Assembly (NCBI GenBank): GCA_048455095.1
Contig: DBFXIC010000233.1
Location: 1-40,357 of the forward strand
Direction: 5' to 3'
Source: Anaeromassilibacillus sp.
GTDB taxonomy: Bacteria > Bacillota > Clostridia > Oscillospirales > Acutalibacteraceae
Length of the DNA: 40,357 nt
Below the pieces are notes generated by a model. That model saw nothing but the letters and a program-made list of their open reading frames with translations, had not been told where the DNA came from and did no database searches. This document shows positions 34,511 to 40,357 of this stretch, in pieces (the stretch's first letter is position 1; each line of letters starts with the position of its first letter). The translations under genes and the position numbers were made by a program.

Positions 34511-35525
34511 GTGGTATCAGGAGGCGGGCGAGCAGAGCGATGTCGTCATCAGTACGCGCATCCGTTTGGCTCGCAGCCTGCCGGGCTATCCATACCCCAA
34601 GCGCATGAATGCGATCGGCCGCCAGCAAGTGGAGCAGATGGTGTATGACGCGGTAACGAATGAGAATGCCGCTGTGGGGCATCAGTTCACCTATCTGCGC
34701 ATGGAGGAAATCGGGCGGACAGACAGCCTTTCTCTTGCAGAACGCCGCTTGGTACGTCCAGATTTCCCTGCAGATCGCATTGGGGGCCTGCTGGTAACCC
34801 AGGATGAGAGCGTTTCCCTGTTGGTCAACGATGAGGATCACCTGCGTGTCCAGGTGTTTCGCGCGGGGATGGATCTTGAAAGCGCATACGCGGAGGCGGA
34901 CCGTTTGGACACCATTCTGGATAAAGCGCTGCATTTTGCATTTGATCCGAAGCTCGGCTATCTGACGCAGGACCCGGCAAATTTGGGAACGGGCATGCAC
35001 GCCTCTGTTTTGCTGCATTTGCCTGCACTGCATGAAAGCGGATCGATCGGGCGTATTGCGGCGGGGTTGGCGAAGCTTGGATTGGCGCTGGAGGAAGAGC
35101 CGTTTGATCCGTCCAGCGAGGAGGAAGAGACCTCCCGCTATCTGCTCTCCAACCGTTTGACGCTCGGGTTAAGCGAAGAGGACGCCCTGCGCAATTTGAA
35201 GAGCATCGCCCAGCAGCTTTTGATGCAGGAGCGTACGGCACGCCTTTCCCTGGCGGAAAAGCTTGAAATGCAGGACGCGGTGAGTCGGGCTCTGGGAATT
35301 CTCCAAAATGCAAAGATGATTGGGGAAGCAGAACTTCCAGACCTGCTTTACCGTGTGCGGTTTGGCATTGCAGCGGGACTCATTTCCGGTGTAGGCGTAG
35401 AGAAGATCGACGCCCTGATGATGGAATTACAGCCTGCTACCCTGACATTGGCGTGCGGAAGGCGGCTGAGCCAGTCCCAGCGGGATACCCTGCGGGCGGA
35501 AGTTGTGCAGCGGATTCTGGGATAA
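34503..35525 (+). CDS. mcsB: McsB-like ATP:guanido phosphotransferase with a degenerate active site
   Basis: DVVISTRIRLAR, NDEDHLR, GYLTQDPANLGTG...HLPAL, SNRLTLG.SE, LQPA.L; overlaps the mcsA end. Confidence 0.82.
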   Translation: MHKWYQEAGEQSDVVISTRIRLARSLPGYPYPKRMNAIGRQQVEQMVYDAVTNENAAVGHQFTYLRMEEIGRTDSLSLAERRLVRPDFPADRIGGLLVTQDESVSLLVNDEDHLRVQVFRAGMDLESAYAEADRLDTILDKALHFAFDPKLGYLTQDPANLGTGMHASVLLHLPALHESGSIGRIAAGLAKLGLALEEEPFDPSSEEEETSRYLLSNRLTLGLSEEDALRNLKSIAQQLLMQERTARLSLAEKLEMQDAVSRALGILQNAKMIGEAELPDLLYRVRFGIAAGLISGVGVEKIDALMMELQPATLTLACGRRLSQSQRDTLRAEVVQRILG

Positions 35526-35531
35526 CGGACG

Positions 35532-35560
35532 TTGCAAAGGCGCAGGAGCCGCTGTATAAT
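35532..35560 (+). promoter_or_regulatory. Sigma-A promoter
   Basis: TTGCAA-17 bp-TATAAT. Confidence 0.75.
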
Positions 35561-35587
35561 AAAAAACAGGAATGCGGGGGGGGGCCA

Positions 35588-36106
35588 GTGGGATTTTTAT
35601 TGTTGCTCCCCTTTTTTCTCGTACGCTTTGGGCTCTTATCCCTACTAAGCAAGGAAGCGCTGAAACGTGCCGCTTCCTTTGCCCCGTTAATGGATCATGA
35701 AAAGACAGCGTATGGGCTTTATCAAATTTCCAACGTGGCGATCATTGTTTGCCTGCTTTTTCTGAGGATTGCGTTTGCCCCAAGCTGGTTATTTTACATG
35801 GGTGCGACCGCTTATGCGGCAGGAATCCTGTTGTTGGCGGTGTCAGTGGTCAATTTTGCTGCCCCGGCTGAAAATGGAATCAATTTGAACGGGGTTTACA
35901 GGTTGTCGCGCAATCCCATGTATGTGGCGTATTTTATATGTTTCATGGGGTGCGCATTGTTGACGCAATCCCTGATTCTATTTGTGTTTGTATTGGTCTT
36001 TCAAATAACAGCCCATACAATTATCCGTTCGGAAGAGAGATGGTGCATCCAGAAATTTGGGGACGCATATCGTCGATATATGGAGAGCGTCAGACGGTAT
36101 ATTTAA
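35588..36106 (+). CDS. Isoprenylcysteine carboxylmethyltransferase / PEMT-family membrane protein
   Basis: GVYRLSRNPMY and EERWC..KFG.AY..Y...VRRYI; GTG start after a G9 SD. Confidence 0.85.
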   Translation: MGFLLLLPFFLVRFGLLSLLSKEALKRAASFAPLMDHEKTAYGLYQISNVAIIVCLLFLRIAFAPSWLFYMGATAYAAGILLLAVSVVNFAAPAENGINLNGVYRLSRNPMYVAYFICFMGCALLTQSLILFVFVLVFQITAHTIIRSEERWCIQKFGDAYRRYMESVRRYI

Positions 36107-36305
36107 CCTCTCATGATGACGTTCCTAATGGTAAACGGGGGACCGCATGATTACCGCCGAGTTTCAGCAGACACAGGAAATCTGACAAAACATAGAACAA
36201 ACCGTGAAAGCAGGATGTTATAAAAGGTTGGTGAAGTGCCAGTGAAGCGTTGCATTGCAGTAGCCGGAATAGAACCTGAAATGATGAAACTTAGGAGGAT
36301 AAAAG

Positions 36306-36956
36306 ATGTCTATTCCGGCAGAAAAAATATATCCGCGTACAAATGATCAACAGACGGTTTACTTAAGCGCTGTTGTCAAGGATCCCAACATATCGGTGGG
36401 CGCGTATACGATGTACAATGATTTTGTAAACGATCCCATTGATTTTGAAAAGAATAATGTGCTCTATCACTATCCGATCAACAAAGATCGCCTGGTCATC
36501 GGAAAATTTTGCTCCATCGCCTGCGGGGCAAAATTTATATTTACGAGCGCCAACCACACGATGCGCGCCTTGTCAACCTATCCGTTTCCTCTGTTCTTTG
36601 AGGAATGGGATTCTCCGATCTCGGAAGTCGCAACGTCATGGGATAACAAAGGCGACATTGTCATTGGAAACGACGTGTGGATTGGATACGAGGCCGTCAT
36701 CATGTCCGGCGTTCAGATCGGTGATGGCGCAATCATTGGAGCGCGGGCGGTTGTTACTAAAGATGTTGCACCGTATACCATTGTGGGAGGTGTTCCGGCA
36801 AAACCGATCAGAAAGCGGTTTGACGGGGAGACTATCCGGAAGCTGGAATTGCTCAAGTGGTGGGATTTACCGCATGAAGCCTTAAAACAGCTCTTGCCCG
36901 CGGTAAAAAGCGGAGATATAAAGGCTTTGGAGGGTGCTTATCGGCGTCTATCGTGA
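36306..36956 (+). CDS. CatB/Vat-family xenobiotic O-acetyltransferase (hexapeptide repeat)
   Basis: IGKFCSIA, ANH, STYPF, KGDIVIGNDVWIG, VVTKDV.PYTIVGGVPA, LKWWD; SD AGGAGG. Confidence 0.9.
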   Translation: MSIPAEKIYPRTNDQQTVYLSAVVKDPNISVGAYTMYNDFVNDPIDFEKNNVLYHYPINKDRLVIGKFCSIACGAKFIFTSANHTMRALSTYPFPLFFEEWDSPISEVATSWDNKGDIVIGNDVWIGYEAVIMSGVQIGDGAIIGARAVVTKDVAPYTIVGGVPAKPIRKRFDGETIRKLELLKWWDLPHEALKQLLPAVKSGDIKALEGAYRRLS

Positions 36957-37051
36957 GGGTCGAACATAAAATTATAAAAAGCAATGTCATTTTAGAGATT
37001 GGCCGCAGATCAAATCGACCGGATGTCTATTTTTTGAAAGAAGGGAACGCT

Positions 37052-37696
37052 ATGCCAAATCCATCGAACAATCAAACGGAACTGGCCGCCGCTCTGTTTT
37101 ATGTGGCGGGGGGAGCGGTCCCGCACAAATATGAACTGGAAGTGGAGGCCAAGAGCCTCGCCGCAAAGCTGGGCGGCCGCACGCAGATTTTGCTGAAAGT
37201 AGTGGAGCTCTGTGGGAAGCCGGAAACGCCGCGCCAGCTCTATCTGGTGACGCGCGCCTACAGCTTTTTAGGGAACCGCTACGCCAGGGAGACGGAAAAA
37301 TATGCAGCTGCCTATCTTGTCACAGAGGGTTGGCAGGAGTTGCCGCGCAAGACGGTCGGTGAGGATGGAATCCCGGTAAATGGCGCTGCCGCGAGCCGTG
37401 CGTCCATCGTGTTGGACCTTGCCGCGGCAGAGGAGAACCTCGGCAAGCTGGATGCGGCGGTGTCACATTACTTAGAGGCCTACCGCTTGGAGCCGTATCG
37501 CGCGATGTACGCGATCAAGGCGGCAGACGGCATGGTCAAACAGGGACGAAAAGAGGAGGCGCTCACCTTCCTGCGGCAGCAAAAAGAAAACAGCTATTAT
37601 ACGCCGGTCAAGTATCGCGACGGACAGGGCAATCTGCGCCGCAATGATACGTTCCGCGAACTATTGAACGCACATATTTTGAAATTGGAGTCCTAA
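37052..37696 (+). CDS. Hypothetical helical-repeat (TPR-like) protein, 214 aa
   Basis: LA.AEENLGKLDAAVSHYLEAYRLEP and G..EEAL..L TPR-like patterns; SD AAGGG. Confidence 0.7.
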   Translation: MPNPSNNQTELAAALFYVAGGAVPHKYELEVEAKSLAAKLGGRTQILLKVVELCGKPETPRQLYLVTRAYSFLGNRYARETEKYAAAYLVTEGWQELPRKTVGEDGIPVNGAAASRASIVLDLAAAEENLGKLDAAVSHYLEAYRLEPYRAMYAIKAADGMVKQGRKEEALTFLRQQKENSYYTPVKYRDGQGNLRRNDTFRELLNAHILKLES

Positions 37697-37737
37697 CACT
37701 GTAAAGGAACGGGAAGCAGCTTACTTCAGGATCAAAT

Positions 37738-37787
37738 AAAAATATCCTTCGGATTGGCTTTTGTAGGCCTTTCCGAAGGATATTTTT
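37738..37787. terminator. Bidirectional terminator between the TPR gene and trpS
   Basis: aaaaatatccttcgga / tccgaaggatattttt perfect 16-bp arms. Confidence 0.85.
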
Positions 37788-37830
37788 GTATCGGTTCAAT
37801 GGTAAGAATAAAAAGAGCGGGATGATAGAA

Positions 37831-38838
37831 TCAGATGATATATCCGATTTTCTTCATCACCTTGCGCATCGTGCGCACAGAAATGGCCAGCGCCTTTTCC
37901 GCGCTCTCGCGATAGCACTGCTGCAAATAATCCTTGTTTTTGCTGTAGTCGGCATAGCGCTCCTGAATGGGGCGCAGATGCTCCACTACAGCCTCGCCCA
38001 CAGCAGTCTTGAAGTCGCCGTAGCCCCTGCTGTCGAATTCGCGTTCGATCTCCTCAAAGGAACGGCCGGTGACAGCGGAATAGATTCCCATCAGGTTGTT
38101 GACGCCATCCTTGCCCTCTGCATAGCGCACGCAGGCGTCGCTGTCCGTTACCGCACGCTTGAATTTGCGCATGATATCCTCGGGCTTGTCGAGCAGTGCG
38201 ATCCAGGCGTTGGCATTTTCATCCGATTTACTCATCTTCTTTGTCGGGTCCTGTAGGGACATAATACGCGCGCCGTTTTTCGGAATATAGGGATCCGGCA
38301 CCACAAAGGTGGGACTGTACAGGCTGTTGAAGCGTTCCGCGATATTGCGGGTCAGTTCCAGATGCTGCTTCTGATCCGCACCCACCGGCACCATATCCGC
38401 CTGATACAGCAGGATGTCCGCAGCCATCAGCGCCGGATAGGTGAACAGGCCTGCGTTGATGTTGTCCGCATGTTTGGCGGATTTATCCTTAAACTGCGTC
38501 ATGCGGGACAGCTCCCCGAACTGCGTGTAGCAATTCAGAACCCACGCCAGTTCTGCGTGCGTGTGGACGTGGCTCTGCATAAAGAACAGGCTCTTGTTGA
38601 CATCGATGCCGCAGGCCAGCAGCAGGGCGTACGCTTCCATAATGTTGTGGCGGAATTTTGCAGGCTCCTGCCGTACGGTGATGGCATGCAGATCCGCCAG
38701 CGCAAAGATACAGTCGAATTCATCCTGTAGCGTTACCCAGTTTTTCAGCGCGCCTAGATAGTTCCCAAGGGTGATGGTGCCGCTGGGCTGAATTGCACTG
38801 AATATGACCTTTTTGTGCTCAGTCGTTTGATTTTCCAT
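37831..38838 (-). CDS. trpS: Tryptophan--tRNA ligase
   Basis: SAIQPSG.ITLGNYLGA (HIGH-like), YPALMAADILLY, VPVGADQKQHLE, KMSKS. Confidence 0.97.
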   Translation of the reverse strand: MENQTTEHKKVIFSAIQPSGTITLGNYLGALKNWVTLQDEFDCIFALADLHAITVRQEPAKFRHNIMEAYALLLACGIDVNKSLFFMQSHVHTHAELAWVLNCYTQFGELSRMTQFKDKSAKHADNINAGLFTYPALMAADILLYQADMVPVGADQKQHLELTRNIAERFNSLYSPTFVVPDPYIPKNGARIMSLQDPTKKMSKSDENANAWIALLDKPEDIMRKFKRAVTDSDACVRYAEGKDGVNNLMGIYSAVTGRSFEEIEREFDSRGYGDFKTAVGEAVVEHLRPIQERYADYSKNKDYLQQCYRESAEKALAISVRTMRKVMKKIGYII

Positions 38839-38850
38839 GGGAATGCCTCC

Positions 38851-40041
38851 TTACAGGATGTCTTTGGCGAGCTGGCCGAGGATTTCGATACCCTTGACAA
38901 GCTGTTCGTCGGTCGGAGTGGAATAGTTGATGCGGAAGCTTTGGCATGGCTCGCTCTCGTCAGTCAGGAATGCATTGCCCGGCACGACGCAAACCTTGCG
39001 CTGCACCGCTTCCTTGCAGAATGCAGGCATATCCACACCGTCCGGCAGCGTGCACCACATGAACAGGCCGCCGGAAAACGGGTTGTAGCTGATCTTATTT
39101 GGAACAAGGCATTCGTCCATCTTACGCAGGGCAAGCGCGGACTTTACGCTGTAGAGCTCGCGCAGGCGGGCAAGATGGGCCTCGTAGTCGTACTTTGTCA
39201 TGAATTCATGGCAGATGATTTGGCCCCACATGGAGGTATGTACGTCCGCGCCCTGCTTGCAGACCACCAGCTTTTGCAGCAGCGCCTTCGGCGCGATGGC
39301 ATAGCCCACGCGCATGCCCGGCGAAACGACCTTACTGAAGGTGCCGGCATAAATCACGATGCCGTCCTCGTCCATCGACTTGATGCACGGGATATATTCC
39401 CCCTTGACGCGGATATCGCCATAGGGATTGTCTTCCAGAATCAGTACGCCGTACTTTTTCGCCAGCGCATAGAGCTGCTTGCGCTTTTCCAAGCTCATGG
39501 TGATGCCGGAGGGGTTTTGAAAATTCGGGATGGTATAGATGTATTTGGCGTTCGGCTCTTCTTTTAAGGCACGTTCCAGCTCGTTCATGTCCATGCCGTC
39601 CGCTTCCATGGGAACGCCGCGCAGGCGGGCGTTGTAGGAGCGGAAGGTGTTTAGGGAACCGATAAAGCTGGGGGCCTCACAAATCACGACGTCGCCCTCG
39701 TTGCACAGGGATTTCGTGGTGAGATCCATCACCTGCTGCGCGCCGGAAGTGATGAGGATGTCATCGAAATCGCGGCCGACGTTGTGTTTTTCCTTCATAT
39801 AGGCGGTCAGATGCTGGCGCAGGGGCAGATAGCCCTCCGTCAGGCCGTACTGCAGGGCATCCACCGGGTGCTCCAGCAGAATGCGGGAAGAAATTTCAGC
39901 GATCTCCTTGGCGGGGAAGGCCTCGGGCGCGGGGTTGCCGGCGGAAAGAGAGACGACCGTCGGGTCCGCCGCATACTTGAAGATTTCGCGGATGGCAGAC
40001 GGCTTAAGTGTCTGCACGCGGTCGGAAATTTTGTATTCCAT
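38851..40041 (-). CDS. PLP-dependent class I/II aminotransferase (LysN/Aro8-like)
   Basis: SAIRE, ITSGAQQ, PNFQNPSG, EDNPY, GTFSK...PGMRVG (PLP lysine), FRINYS. Confidence 0.92.
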   Translation of the reverse strand: MEYKISDRVQTLKPSAIREIFKYAADPTVVSLSAGNPAPEAFPAKEIAEISSRILLEHPVDALQYGLTEGYLPLRQHLTAYMKEKHNVGRDFDDILITSGAQQVMDLTTKSLCNEGDVVICEAPSFIGSLNTFRSYNARLRGVPMEADGMDMNELERALKEEPNAKYIYTIPNFQNPSGITMSLEKRKQLYALAKKYGVLILEDNPYGDIRVKGEYIPCIKSMDEDGIVIYAGTFSKVVSPGMRVGYAIAPKALLQKLVVCKQGADVHTSMWGQIICHEFMTKYDYEAHLARLRELYSVKSALALRKMDECLVPNKISYNPFSGGLFMWCTLPDGVDMPAFCKEAVQRKVCVVPGNAFLTDESEPCQSFRINYSTPTDEQLVKGIEILGQLAKDIL

Positions 40042-40075
40042 AACCAGGTTCCTTTCGTTTCATATATTCCTAATC

Positions 40076-40104
40076 AGTTTACCACATTTTGCACATCACG
40101 TCCA
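40076..40104 (-). promoter_or_regulatory. Promoter of the aminotransferase-trpS operon
   Basis: TGGACG-17 bp-TAAACT with a TGn extension. Confidence 0.55.
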
Positions 40105-40286
40105 GCGGCAAGGGAACGTACAGAGAGGTTTATCAAACGGAATTGACGCATTGCATATAGGATAGAATCGATGAAATGCGGCAGCATTCGCAACAGGAGC
40201 ATGGAACCGATCATCCCTTGAAAAGCGCAGGATGGTGCAGACGTGTTAAGTCCGTTTTCGGCCTGTCCGCGCCGAGTATAAAATAT

Positions 40287-40338
40287 TTTTTCAAATTTGA
40301 AAAATAAACTTGACATTTCCGGGAAAGGCGGGTATACT
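40287..40338 (+). promoter_or_regulatory. Near-consensus sigma-A promoter for a gene beyond the window, with an upstream AT-rich palindrome
   Basis: TTGACA-17 bp-TATACT (40310-40338); perfect palindrome TTTTTCAAATTTGAAAAA at 40287-40304. Confidence 0.8.
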
Positions 40339-40357
40339 ATAAAAGTATTCTACATGA

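Overview
A 40.4-kb GC-rich chromosomal segment from a spore-forming anaerobic gut-type Firmicute. An Oscillospirales/Ruminococcaceae-like host is inferred from gene content, SD sequences and sigma motifs. I saw no prophage, transposase, CRISPR array, rRNA or tRNA. Left to right: a PHP phosphoesterase + ROK regulator pair (-); a ~2037-aa secreted multimodular GH97 glycosidase (-); an operon of HD hydrolase, VanR/VanS-like two-component system and Fe-chelate/cobalamin-type ABC importer; a second OmpR/HK pair; a secreted GH84 beta-N-acetylglucosaminidase with CBM32-like modules; a YtrA(GntR)-ABC operon interrupted by a lipoprotein gene; a CPBP protease; an unannotated gene whose N-terminus resembles the PLMP/RRXRR domain of IscB; an hfsABCD-type H2-sensing/[FeFe]-hydrogenase cluster; an ABC-2 pair; PHP + TSCPD genes; a 47-aa Cys-rich peptide gene missed by the ORF track; a degenerate orphan mcsA-mcsB; ICMT-like, CatB/Vat-like and TPR-like genes; and an aminotransferase-trpS operon (-). 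The best lead is the stand-alone, nuclease-free PLMP-like gene (24946-25404), which has its own promoter, a structured leader, a probable non-canonical start and a second internal start. Other leads are the orphan VanRS coupled to a metal-chelate importer, the McsB with Asp in place of the active-site Cys, and the unassigned C-terminal tandem domain of the GH97. All family calls were made by eye from motifs; no database searches were run.
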